From Cetorhinus maximus (Eukaryota), in NCBI RefSeq assembly GCF_964194155.1, contig NC_135880.1:177506001-177570000 (forward strand): a stretch of DNA of 64,000 nt, written 5' to 3'. Shown here one piece after another: positions 48,006 to 59,643 of this stretch; within the stretch, counting starts at the first letter, position 1, and the number at the start of each line of letters is the position of its first letter. A model generated the notes under the pieces. The model did no database searches, was not told where the DNA came from, and was given only the letters and a program-made list of their open reading frames with translations. A program made the position numbers and the translations under genes.

Positions 48006-49249
48006 CTACTTTTAGAGACTACTTTTATCCTATCCATTTGTGTTGGCAATTAGAAGAGCTTTGATAGTGAATAAGGAAGACTATTGATGCTGGTTTGGGA
48101 ATTGGTGGCAATGTTATCAATATAAAATTGCCACAAAGTGAGTGAGAAGAAATGTTTTTATGCAGAACGCTGGACAGGTAGGTACTAGGTACTGAAGAGT
48201 CTGAACTGAATAGTCTCGGGTTAAAGAGTTTGGCCATTTAGGACTGAGATGAAGAGGAACTTTTCCACTCACGATTGTGAATCTTTGAAACACTTTACCC
48301 CAGAAAGCTGTGGATGCTCAGTCATTGAGTATATTCAAGCCTGAGATAAATAGATTTTTGAATTCTAAGGCTATTTAAGGATATTGAGATCAGGCTGAAA
48401 AGTATTATTGAGGCCAAAGATCAGCCATGATCTCACTGAATGGCAGAGCAGGCTTGAGGGACCATATGGCCTACTCCTGTTCCTATTTCTGATGAGACTG
48501 CAATGCTTTGCCACAGGCTGAGGTAAACTCCATTGACTGTTCTAAGGGAAAACTGAATAAGTATTTGAAGCAGAGGAAGATTCAAGGAGAGAACAGTGGA
48601 GTCAGTTTTGCACTGGTTTCACAAACAACCAGCATGGATGTGATGAACCAAAAAGCCTCCTTTTGCGCTGTAAACTTCTGTGTTTCTTTTAATTCAACTA
48701 GTGTGTTAGAATTTGGAATAAGACATCTTGACAAGGCAGGGTATAAAGGTTTATAAAGGTTCTCCCAAGTCCAGCTATGCAAAACCGCAAGCTGAAAGTG
48801 CTTGACAGATTGCCTTCATTAACCTGAAAATTCACCCAAAATATTTCAAGATTAAATGGAAATATTTAATCAAGTGGTAGAAGGAAAATTATTTCCAGTT
48901 TGATTACAGATCAGTAACAAAGGCGTTGAAGTTTGTTGAACTTGTCACTATATACACAGATTGTGGCTAATGATCTATTTGTATCGATTGCATAATAACA
49001 GGCAACAAATAGAAAGTTATAATATTGCAGAAGTTTTCCACAACTGATGCTGAGGTTCCTGAGATGCAGAATGATCTGGAAATATTATACTGAGATAGCA
49101 ATAGTCAAATAACCTGCAACTTAGAACATGTTGCAGCAGCTTGGGTCATCATGCAATGATCACTCTACATATGTAACTGTATACAACAATGCAAATTCCT
49201 GTTTCTCATTTGTATGCTGCCCCTTGGCAACAACATTTGCAGCAGAAAT

Positions 49250-49885
49250 CTTCACCTGTACACTGACAGCAGCCGACTCCAGCACCTCACCACAACCTCT
49301 CCCATCTCTTTCACTGGTTCTAAATTAGCAGACTGCTTGTTTGTCATCCAGGGCTGGATTAGCAGAACCTTTCTCCAATTAAATTTAGGGAAGACTGAAG
49401 CCGTTATCTTCAATCTGCTGTACAAACTCTGTTCCCAGCTGCAGACTTTGCCCTCTCCCGGGCAACTCCCATAGGCTGAATCAGTCTCTTTACAATTTTG
49501 GTGTCATATTTGATCCCAGGATGAGCTTCCAACACACATCCTTGCCATTACTAAGATCATTTATTTCCATCTCCCTGACATTGCCTGATTCCACCCTTGC
49601 CTCAACTCATCTGCTTCTGAACCCTTCAGCCCTACCTCTGGAATCGACTATTCCAACTCCTGGCTGGGTGCCCCCCACATTCTACCCTCCATAAACGTGA
49701 GGTCATCCTAAACTCTGCTGCCCACCTTCTTACTGTGCCAAGCCCCATTCACTCATCACCCCTGTGTTTACTGACCTACATTGGCTCTCAGTCAAGCAAC
49801 ACCTTGATTTTAAAATTCTCATCCTTGTTTTCAGATCTGTCCATGGCCTAGCTCCTCTATATCTCTGTAATCTCCTGCAGCCCTT
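49250..49885 (+). mobile_element. L2-type LINE RT fragment
   Basis: LHLYTDSSRL...WISRTFLQLNLGKTEAVIF; TPVFTDLHWL motif. Confidence 0.75.
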
Positions 49886-50269
49886 TTTGTTACAATTTAT
49901 CACATTAAAGGTGCTATATAAATAGCGGTTGTCTTTGTTGATCTAGAATACATTGCCTGAAGGGGTGGTGGAAGCAAATGCTATTGTATCATTAAACAGG
50001 GAACAGGATAATTACTAGAAAGGGAGAAAGTAGCAGGGTTATGGGGAAAGAGCAGAGAAAGTGAGATTAACTGGATAGCTGTTTCAAAGCGCTGGCACAG
50101 ACATAATGGGCTGAATGGTCTCCTATGCTTTTTTGTTATTTGTTCATGGGATATGGGTGTCGCTGGCTGGGCTCACATTTATTGCCCATCCCTAATTGCC
50201 CTTGAGAACTGAGAGGCTTGCTAGGCCATTTCAGAGAGCATTTAAGAGTCAACCGCATTGCTGGGGGTC

Positions 50270-50631
50270 TGGAGGTGATCTGCACCCCCAGCCAGAAACA
50301 GGTCCAGCTTTTGGTCTCACTCAATCACCCCTCGGTAAGCCTAGCAGAGCAGGTAAGCCACAAAGCAGTGTGGTGACTATGGCTGTCTTGAGAAGTAAAT
50401 GTGCCTGACAAGCCAGTGAACCAAAGGGATATAAACTACCCCTGGAGGGCCGGTGAGCAGAAAGGACAAGCACCAGTTTGGTGCTAGAAAGCAGGCAGGC
50501 CTGGGAGCACGAGGTCCATGAATAAACAGTTGAGTTGGATAGCATTTTTTGCACAGCAATGGACAGGTGAGCTGGGAGACAGTCGGGTTTGGGGAGCAGG
50601 CAGTCGGGTCAGCAAATGGGGCTGCGAAACA
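50270..50631 (+). mobile_element. Possible LTR-like fragment upstream of RIG-I
   Basis: TATAAA (50430), AATAAA (50521), ends ...GAAACA; interrupts a SINE. No TSD or 5' TG end established. Confidence 0.3.
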
Positions 50632-51065
50632 CTAATGCACATCAAACCAAGGAACGTCTTGCATTTATGTAGCGCCTTTAATGTTGTAAAATGTCCCAGA
50701 GCACTTCATAGGTTCATTATCAGACAAACTTTGACACTGAGTCACATAAGGAGATATCAGGGCAAATGGACAAACGCTTGGTCAAAGAGAGAGGTTTTTG
50801 AGCATCTTGAGGAAAGCCGGACGGGGAATCAGTGTCTGTTAGTGGACACGGTTGATGGACGGACTGCATTTGGCAAGAACTAGGGTTCGAGTACTGCACC
50901 AAAAGCAGGGCCAAGGAAGCAATTAGACAGGGCATACATTAGTTTGGTGAGTCAGCAAGCAGACTTTATTTTGCTGCTTCATTGGGTTAAGAGCAGATTT
51001 GGATGGGGAAAAAATAATGGCAGGTTTAAAAGACCGGGTCAACACACAGACAAACATCAGCATCT

Positions 51066-51112
51066 GAAAATGAAAGGGAGATGGAAACCGATACAAATCG
51101 AAACCGATACTG
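51066..51112. promoter_or_regulatory. DDX58: Cluster of IRF-element/ISRE-like sites upstream of RIG-I
   Basis: GAAAATGAAAG, GGAAACCGATAC and AAATCGAAACCGATAC within 47 bp. Confidence 0.6.
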
Positions 51113-51266
51113 ACTGTGTGTGTGTGAGAGGGAGAAAAAACTAAACAAAACTGTGCTGAGTACTCCCTGGTCAATTACACTGGCGCAGAAATCCGCGAAA
51201 GTTACTGACCAGTTTATTACAGTAGCTTCCTATCCTAAATGAGCAGCTGATATTCAATAAATGTTA

Positions 51267-51280
51267 AGTTTCTGTTTCCT
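51267..51280 (+). promoter_or_regulatory. DDX58: Canonical ISRE
   Basis: AGTTTCTGTTTCCT matches AGTTTCNNTTTCNY, about 180 bp before the RIG-I ATG. Confidence 0.8.
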
Positions 51281-51307
51281 CGCGGCTCCTGGTCTGACTG
51301 GCACCTG

Positions 51308-51320
51308 ATTTCCTGGAAAT
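51308..51320. promoter_or_regulatory. DDX58: GAS (STAT) palindrome
   Basis: ATTTCCTGGAAAT contains TTCN3GAA, 27 bp downstream of the ISRE. Confidence 0.7.
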
Positions 51321-51459
51321 TGCGCTGTTGTAGGCGGAGTACCAGAACATATTTAAGTAGGTGGATGGTGTGTTGCTCGGCCAGACGGGCAGAAGCGGAT
51401 TGCATGATATTGCATGTACCACAGTTGGGGTTGCTTTTAAAGCAAAACAAAGACTTAAA

Positions 51460-51565
51460 ATGACCGAAGCCGACAAACAAAACTTGAGGGCCTGGGGACA
51501 TTACATAACCCACATCCTACGTCCAACTTACATTCATGGATTCCTCACAAGTTTCTTTACGCAAG
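51460..51565 (+). CDS. DDX58: RIG-I exon 1 (CARD1 start)
   Basis: MTEADKQNLRAWGHYITHILRPTYIHGFLTSFFTQ aligns with recalled RIG-I MT.E....L.....YI...L.PTYI; 106 nt; phase-1 donor G|GTATG. Confidence 0.88.
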
Positions 51566-52149
51566 GTATGGTTATTGCGTTTGATTTTTAAAAACTAGGT
51601 GATGCATCTTTTTTTATTTCCTGATACTATTTTAAGCAATACCGGCCCGTCGAGAAACTGACGTCTTCGTGTCGGCCGCAGCGCCCGATTTTTAAACCCG
51701 CCCATCCCGGTTCTACTCTGGAGTGTAATTATGGGGGGTGGGGATGCAAAATATAAGGCTCACCCAGCGAATTAGGCTAAAATTGCTCCTTAATTAAATT
51801 AAATTGTGTAGGAATAAGGTGCTGGGACTGAATATAAAGAGGTGCCAAAGGTCAGCCCACTGGACCATTTCAGTAAATAAATATATCTTATTTAATTTGT
51901 GTATCTGTCACAGAAGCTGTATTCAGGCTACAGTTACAGCCTCGGGCGTTTTCTTACATTGAAACTTCTGCAGAGAATTGTTTCTTGGTTGCAATAGGAA
52001 CCTAAAGGCAATGATGTCCTTGCGACATAGCCTGACAACTGAGCCTTTATTTTTTCCTAAAAAAAATACTTGGCTGATTTTTATCATCAGAGGCAAGTGA
52101 CAGTGCTTTCGGAATACCTTGAGGAGATTCAGGCAGATGGCTCTTTGGC

Positions 52150-52680
52150 AACTTCTAATTTCCAAAGAAGAGTCATATTGCACTCGAAACGTTAATTCCA
52201 TTTCTCTCTCCACAGATGCTGCCAGACCTGCTGAGGCTTTCCAGCATCCGCAGTGTTTTGCTTTTGTCCCTTGGCAACTTAATTGTTTTTGTAGGGACTC
52301 CCAAGAGCCTCCATTTGAAGAAAAATGCCTTTATCCCCCATCTTTTATTCTATTTTCAATCTTTTTCCCATCCCCTCCCCCCACAAGGGCCAGCTGTCAC
52401 TTCTTCATGTTGTTCTTTCCAGAGTGTTTACTCTTGTCCTGCTATTATCACATTCTGCTTTCTGACCTTAATGCCACCTCCTTTAGCCAGTACCACTATC
52501 ATTAACACCCCTTTGTCCTTTTGTCCATTACATCTCTGGCAATCTCTCCTTTGCCTCCACCTATCACTGGCTTTCTATCCAGCTTCACCTGCTCCACCCC
52601 CTTTAAACAGTATAAATTTCATCACATTTTTACTTCTCTTTAGCTCTGAAGAATAGTCATACAGACTCGAAACATTAAAC
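52150..52680 (+). mobile_element. Tandem Penelope terminal-repeat remnants with two hammerhead-like motifs; second repeat resumes at 55519-55590
   Basis: CCAAAGA-AGAGTCATATTGCACTC-GAAACGTT (52162-52193) and CTGAAGA-ATAGTCATACAGACTC-GAAACATT (52646-52676); the sequence between them resembles the 3' UTR of 1443-2722. Confidence 0.7.
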
Positions 52681-55518
52681 ATCGAGGTTTTTCATCCTCA
52701 AAGGCGTCCAGAAAGATAGAAAGGAACAGAGGGAAATGTCCCCACTCCAGAAAAACATGCAGAACTTGCTTCGGCTGCAGTCGGTGAGGGTCGATGTCAA
52801 GGAGGAACTCCAAGAGGTGAAGAGCCAGCAAGCCTCGCTCTTTGCCTCGGAGGCCTCCAAGATCATCTTCCGATCCAGAGTCCGCTCTGTGGAGCAGAAT
52901 GAGACGTGTTCACGTTTCTTCTTCCAAAAGGTACACAGAGAGAGCTCTGTGATCAGCAGCCTGAAGGAAGAAGACGGCTCAGTAAAGTCATCACAGTGTG
53001 ACTTTTTGAGGATCAGCAAATCCTTTTATGCCAGATTGTCTGACGTGAAGCCCACAGATAGCACGGCCTCCCAGTCCTTCCTGTCCTCTATCACGTAGGT
53101 CTTAGACAACAGTACACGGGAGAGCCTGGACAAACTGCTAACTCCTGATGAACTGACTAAGGCCCTTGAGTCCTTCAAGAAGAGTAAAACTCCCAGAAAC
53201 GATGGTTTACAGGCCGAGTTATATTCGGCTCTGTGGGACTGGATAGGCCCAGACCTGCTAGAAGTGTACGAGAGTATGCTCCTGGCCGGCAGCATGTCAG
53301 CATCCATGAGGAAAGGCATCATCACCCTCATCTACAAGTGGAAGGGGAAAGGGAGGAAATTAGAAATTGGTGACCCATTTCACTGTTGAATGTGGACTAT
53401 ATGATTCTGTCCAAGGTCATCGCCAATCGGGTCAAGTCCGCTCTGGAATTGGTGATCCACCCTGACCAGACCTGTGCTGTGCCCGGCAGGAAGATCTCTG
53501 ACAGCCTCGCGCTACTCAGGGATACAATTGCCTATGTACAGGACAGGGCTGTGGACACCTGCCTCATCAGCCTGGATCAGGAGAAGGCCTTTGACAGAAT
53601 ATCGCACACCTGCATGGTGGATGTGCTCTCCAGAATGGGGTTTGGGGAAGGAATCCACAACTGGATCCAGTTGCTGTACACTAACATCAGAAGCGCAGTT
53701 TCAATCAATGGGTGGGAACAGAAAGCTTTCCAATTAAATCTGGAGTCAGGCAGGGCTGCCCTCTCTCCCCTGTCCTGTTTGTGTGTTGCATAGAACCCTT
53801 TGCTGAGTCCATCAGGAGGTATCGGGCATAAGAGGAGTGATGATCCCAGGCAGTGGAGGCACTCAGGTCAAAGCCTCCCTGTACATGGACGATGTCGCCG
53901 TCTTCTGCTCGGATCCGCTGTCGGTGCGCAGACTGATCCACATCTGCGACCAGTTCGAATTGGCCTCGGGAGCTAAGGTAGATCATGGCAAGGGCGAGGC
54001 CATGTTCTTTGGGAACTGGGCTGACCGATCCTTTGTCCCCTTCACCGTCAGGTCGGACGGCCTGAGAGTGCTGGGGATATGGTTCAGAGGGATCGGGGCA
54101 TGCGTTAGAAACTTGAAGGAGTGAATGGCTATGGTGGAAAGGAAACTAGGCTTGTGGGAGCGACGCTCCCTCTCCATTGCGGGTAAGAACCTGGTCATCA
54201 GGTGTGAGGCACTCGGTGTTCCTGTATCTGGCCCATTCCTCACTCCTGCGCGATGGCAATCACCCAAGCCATCTTTCGCTTTATCTGGAGGTCAAAAATT
54301 GATCGTGTTTGCAGGGATGCAGTATACAAGCCTCTAGATAAAGGGGGAAAAAACGTGCCCAACATTGCCCTCATCCTGATGGCCACTTTTGTGTGCGGCT
54401 GCATCAAGCTGTGCGTAGACCCTCAATACGCAAATACCAAGTGTCACTACATGCTGAGGTTCTACCTGTCCCTGGTGTTGTGAAGGATGGGTCTGGCCAC
54501 GCTGCTGCAGAACGCTCCAAGTACTTGGACCATGCAGTACCACCTGTTCCTCAAGGAAAAATTTACGCAGAGAAACACCTTTGACCACAAGTGCATCAGG
54601 CAGTGGTCGGCACGTAACATTCTAGAGGGCTTGCGGGAAAAGGAGAGGGCGGATCCTGTCCCTGAGCAGACCGTCAAAGTCATTTGACAGAACGCCTCAT
54701 CGCCAGAACTTTCCACCAAGCACCAAGATGTAACTTGGCTGGTGGTGAGAAAGGCCCTCCCCGTCAGATCCTCCCTACATGCCAGTTATCTCACCCCCTC
54801 TGCACGTTGTCCTCGATGTGACTGTGGTGGGAAAGAGACCGTTGTTCACCTCCCTGTGGAATGTGCCTTTGCAAAGAAGGTCTGGAGAGAGATGCAGTGG
54901 TTTTTGTCGAGGTTCATCCCGAGCAGTGCTGTGACACAGGACTCTGTGCTCTATGGGCTGTTCCCAGGGACACACACCGAGACAAACATCAACTGCAGCT
55001 GGAGGATCATCAACTCGGTGAAAGACGCTCTTTGGTCTGCCCGAAACTTGGTCTTCCAGTGCAAAGAGTTGTCCCCGACCGAGTGTTGCAGACTGGCACA
55101 TTCCAAGGTCCAGGAACACACTAAAGCTTGCGGCAGCCACTGCAAAGGTGCAATGGAGAAAGGTCGCTGTCTAAGACCTTTCTGCCATAGTGCACCGAGG
55201 GGCTGGGAATTGTGTAGATCCCTCGGGCCGTACGACTCACAATGAATGTATGCAGTGAACACTAAATGTATCATAATTGTATTGAAGCACCTCAGACTGC
55301 AACATGATGTATATAGATAACTCCAATACCATTGCACTGTCTGACTGCCTGTAATGACCACACTGAAATGTCTGTAATAATCATTGATTGTATTGAAGCA
55401 CTTCTTGATCCAAGTGTAAAAGTTGAATATGATTGCACCGTTTGCGATGGCCATTTAGAAATGTTTTGTCATGTTCTTTCAGATATTTTATGAATAAAGT
55501 ATATTTTTCCAAAAAAAA
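52678..55518 (+). mobile_element. Tx1-clade LINE, 5'-truncated, decayed ORF2, in RIG-I intron 1
   Basis: E.CSRFFF; NVDY.ILSKVIANR; ISLDQEKAFDRISH; GVRQGCPLSP; YMDD; C-terminal CPRCDCGGKETVVHLPVEC; AATAAA at 55493 and an A-tail. Confidence 0.92.
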
Positions 55519-55904
55519 CTTTTTTTCCTCTCTATAGATGCTGTTAGATCTGCTGAGTTTTTCCAGCATTTTCTGTTTTTATTTTAGATGTCAAGTGTTC
55601 TTTGATCATCAAGAAAATTGGCACTCATTAAAAGGGAAAGGTTTTTGATTTTTCACTTGGTGCACCAGATAAATGAATAACTATGGGTTTTGCCTGAAAA
55701 GATCATTTGAGGGCAACTGCCCTGCAAGGTTGAGTTTGGCCACATCGTTCCCAAAGCTTTCCTGCACTGGGGTTTTCCTTGCCCCATGTCTGGGCCTATT
55801 GTAGACACATTGATAGAGATTGATAGCTTTGATTAGTCAAGAACTTGATCATTGTTTTATCATATGACTACCAGGATGGTAGAAGGTGAACCAGATGGAC
55901 AGAA

Positions 55905-56965
55905 CACATCCATTCAATCCACATGCTTGACCCTGAACTTCCGGTTCCTTGCCATTTTAATTCTCCATCCCACTGTCACTCTGACCTTTCTGTCCTGAGC
56001 CTCCTACACTGCTCCAGTGAAGCTCAAAGCACAGCACTACATCTTTTCATTGGTCACTTTACAGCCTTCCAGCCTCAACATTGAACTCAACAATTTCAGA
56101 TCGTAACCACTTCTTCCATTTTTGTCCGCTGTGTCTGCTGCCAATTCAATCTGGTCGCACAAGATGGCCACCAGCATCTGTCTGCGCATATGCACTGGTC
56201 TGTGGTCGTGCAGAAATCGAATGACCTCACTGCTGGAGCCTGCAGCCTGGAACTTATAGAATGGCAGAAGGGGAAAGAATGAGGACAAGTAATATAGTCT
56301 AACACCCACAGCAACCTACGATCCACTTACATTACTAGGATAGTGAGACAGAGCTTAGAAACACTGACCAACATGACTGCACTAAATATCCCACAAGGAA
56401 AAGATTTTAGTTTCCCGTCTGCAAATCCTTCCCTTCTAGCCCCCTGTAAAAGGAGTTTGCAAAATCTATCGCTGTCAGTCCGGGATGGAAATTCACAACA
56501 CTCTCTCCTCCTGCGACTTGGGTCAGTGATGCCTGCGCATGAGCTTTGCTGCACATTGCCCCCAATAAAAATAGTGGCCTTTAACCTGGGCCTACCATCA
56601 GCATACAACTACAACTGCACATGCACAGAGTTGCCAACAAACACAGCCATTTTTTCAGCTTTTGAAGATGATTTTGCCGCTTTTCTAGAGGAGTTTTACA
56701 CCTCTTCTTGACTTCTTTTTGTTTCTTTACTTGTCCCATTACCATCTCCTTTTGCCTTGTACCGTCATCCATTTTCTCATTTAATCTCTTCTGCCTTCCA
56801 CCCTATCACAGAAATGTCCTTTGTTCTTTTCTCCCCTCTCCCTTTCCCTCCCTCTGCACTCGCTTAAAACGTGTTAAATTCCTAACACTTCACAGTTCTG
56901 ATGAAGGATCATCGACCTGAAATGTTAACTCTGTTTCTTTCTCCAATGATGCTGCCAGACTGGTA
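55905..56965 (+). mobile_element. Old Penelope 3' end (GIY-YIG tail 55905-56110, about 550-bp insert, 3' repeat 56700-56965)
   Basis: Matches TGCCATTTTAA...TCCAGTGAAGCTCAA...TTACAGCCTTCC...AACAATTTCAGATC of the less-decayed copies. Confidence 0.75.
56893..56932 (+). ncRNA. Minimal hammerhead motif in RIG-I intron 1 (sense)
   Basis: CAGTT-CTGATGA-AGGATCATCGACCT-GAAATGTT-AACT: stem I and core intact, C>T in the stem III palindrome. Confidence 0.6.
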
Positions 56966-57179
56966 TTTTTGCCGTGTAGATGAATCTTTCCCATCTAACA
57001 ATTTCAGAAAACTCCATTGGCTTTGAGTCAGTATTAATATCAGTATGTTTTTCCATGTTAGACCAGATAATCAATCAGCTAATGCGAAGGCGAAATATTG
57101 CAAACACTGCAAATTTGAAATATAAGCAGAAAATGCAGGAAACACTTTTTTTCATTCTTTTCATTTCATTTTTTTTCAT

Positions 57180-58215
57180 TATTGCCCTTGAGAAGGTGGC
57201 AATGAGCCACCTTCTTGAACCGCTGCAGTCCATGTTGTGTAGGTACATCCACAGTGCTGTTGGGAAGGGAGCTCACGGATTTTGACCCAGTGACAGTGAA
57301 GGAACTGCGACATAGTTCCAAGTCAGGATGGTGTGTGGCTTGGGGCAATAGAGGTCGCAGGTTTGGAAGATGGTGTCAAAGACGCCTTGATGAATTGCTA
57401 CAGTGCACCTTGTAGATGGTACACAATGCTGCCACAGTGTGTTGGTGGTGAAAGGAGTGAATGCTTAAGGTGGTGCCAGTCAAGCAGGCGGCTTTGTCCT
57501 GGATGGTGTCAAGTTTCTTGAGTGTTGTTGGAGCTGCACTCATCCAGGCAAGTGGAGAATATTCCATCACACTCCTAATTTGGGCCTTGCAAATGGTGGA
57601 CAGGCCTTGGGGAGGCAGGAGGTGAGTTACTCGCTGCGGGATTCCTAGCCTCTGACTTACTCTTGTAGCATCAGTAATTATATGGCTGGTCCTGTTCAGT
57701 TTATAGTCAATGGTAACCCCAGGATTTTTTGATAGTGGGGGATTCAGCAATGGTAATGCAATTGAATGTCAAGGGGAGATGGTTAGATTCTCTCTCGTTG
57801 GAGATGGTCATTATCCAGCACTTGTGTGGTGCGAATGCTGCTTGCAACTTATCAGCCCAAGCCTGAATGTTGTCCAAGTCTTGCTGCATATGGACATGGA
57901 CTGCTTCAGTATCTAACAAATTGTGAATGGTGCTGAACATTGTGCAATCATCAGTGAACATCCCCACTTCTGACCTTATGATGGAGGGAATGTCATTGAT
58001 GAAGCAGCTGAAGATGGTTGGGCCTAGGACACCACCCTGAGGAACTCCTGCAGCGACGCCCCAGGACTAAGATGATTGACCGTCAACAACCACAACCATC
58101 TCTCTTTGTGCTAGGTAGGACTCCAACCAGTGGAGAGCTTTCCCCTGATTCCCATTGACTCCAGTTTCGCTGGGGCTCCTTGATGCCACACTCGGTCAAA
58201 TGCTGCCTTGATATC
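57180..58215 (-). mobile_element. CR1/L2-group LINE RT fragment
   Basis: MFTDDCTMF...MQQDLDNIQAWADK; MEYSPLAWMSAAPTTLKKLDTIQDKA; HGLQRFKK. Confidence 0.85.
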
Positions 58216-59023
58216 AGTTCAGGAAGTATCAGTGGAGAAAGAAACAAAGTTAACGTATAGACCCTGATGAAGGGTCACCAACTTGAAATGCTTAACTCTG
58301 TTTCTCCATAGAGGCTGCCTGACCTGTGTATTTCCGGCATTTGGCTGATATGATGGATCAGATTATCTCCAGACTTGTGATGATATATTTCTGTAGATCA
58401 TCCAATTGTAAACAAACTTGTTAACTGCTAACTTGCCATTTCTTTCTTCAACCTTCAGAAAACAGCAGTCATTTAAACCCATTTAGCTAGAAGGAGGCTT
58501 ACCACCACACAATAGGCAATAAATGTAGACCAAATCCTGAGAATGATTTCTATTTTAAAAAACGTTCTGATGAAAGATTTCAACCCAAAATATTCTGCTT
58601 CTGTCTCTACAGATGCTGCCTGACCTGCTGAGTGTTTTCTAGCATCTTCTGTTTTATTTCAGATTTCTAGCATCTGCAGTACTTTGCTTTTGTCTGTGTA
58701 TTTGAACTCCTGTGGATTTTTGTTCAATTGCCCTCTTTTCATTAAACAAATGCTCCTCATCCCTTGTTTTGCCTTTTAAAACACACCACTTAACACTCAC
58801 CAACATTAAGTTGTATTTTCCATCTCTTCCCATTCCCTGTTCTGCTAAACTGCCCCTCCCATTAGAACTTTTACATACTCCCCACTTCAGCATATTAGTT
58901 TAAATCCCCTCCTCCCTGCCATTGGTCAATTTTACCTCCCCAAGTTGTATTACTTCAGTTAAGGTGAAGGTATTGCCTTCAATGTTACCTTCCTTTGCCC
59001 ACAACTGGTTCCTCCTGCACTGG

Positions 59024-59395
59024 TATGGGTTGCCAACCCTCCAGGATTGTCCTGGATTCTCCAGGAATTAAAGACATCTCTTCAGGACACTGCTGCGAGC
59101 AACTGAGGAGAAAAATCAAAGGGGCATGAAAAGAATTATGTTTTTAATAAAATTCCCTTGAACACTTTTACAAGTTATAAAAATACTGGACTTTGAGGGG
59201 AGAAAATATTGTTTGACTGACAGCCAAGGATCAGCCAGTGGGGTAATGGAGTCTACTTTCACTTTCAGTTTGGTGTTGGAAGGCACCATGAAGACTGACA
59301 TGTTGGGTGATCAATAGGAATGTTGGGAAGTGGGAGGCCATGGGAGAGGTGGGAGGTCATATGATGGAACTTCCAACAAGAGTTGGCAACCCATG
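59024..59395. mobile_element. hAT-like MITE (Blackjack-type ends)
   Basis: TIRs TATGGGTTGCCAAC / GTTGGCAACCCATG; 8-bp flanks TGCACTGG / TACATTGG (two mismatches). Confidence 0.7.
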
Positions 59396-59511
59396 TACAT
59401 TGGTCTTTTTCTTCCAGGTCTGAACATTTCATCCTTTTTTATGTTTGGCACTCAAGCTGACAACTTATTTACTTCATTTTGTTGATGACTTGCAATGTTC
59501 TTTCTCCCCAG

Positions 59512-59643
59512 TTGATACTCAGCAGATTCTATCAATGGAAGACACGTCAGTCATTCGTTCTGCAGAGCTCTTTCTTGAGTGTTTGCTTAAATTGCATGAA
59601 AAAGGATGGTATCAAGCATTTTTAGATGAACTAGGAGCAATAG
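59512..59643 (+). CDS. DDX58: RIG-I exon 2 (CARD1)
   Basis: CCCCAG acceptor; (V)DTQQILSMEDTSVIRSAELFLECLLKLHEKGWYQAFLDELGAI(G) aligns with recalled LFL..LL.L...GW...FLD; GTGAGT donor; phase 1/1; 132 nt. Confidence 0.9.

Noticed and set aside
51361-51459. N-terminal extension of RIG-I from the ORF track
   Set aside because: The upstream start is a GTG; homology begins at the ATG at 51460, which has A at -3.
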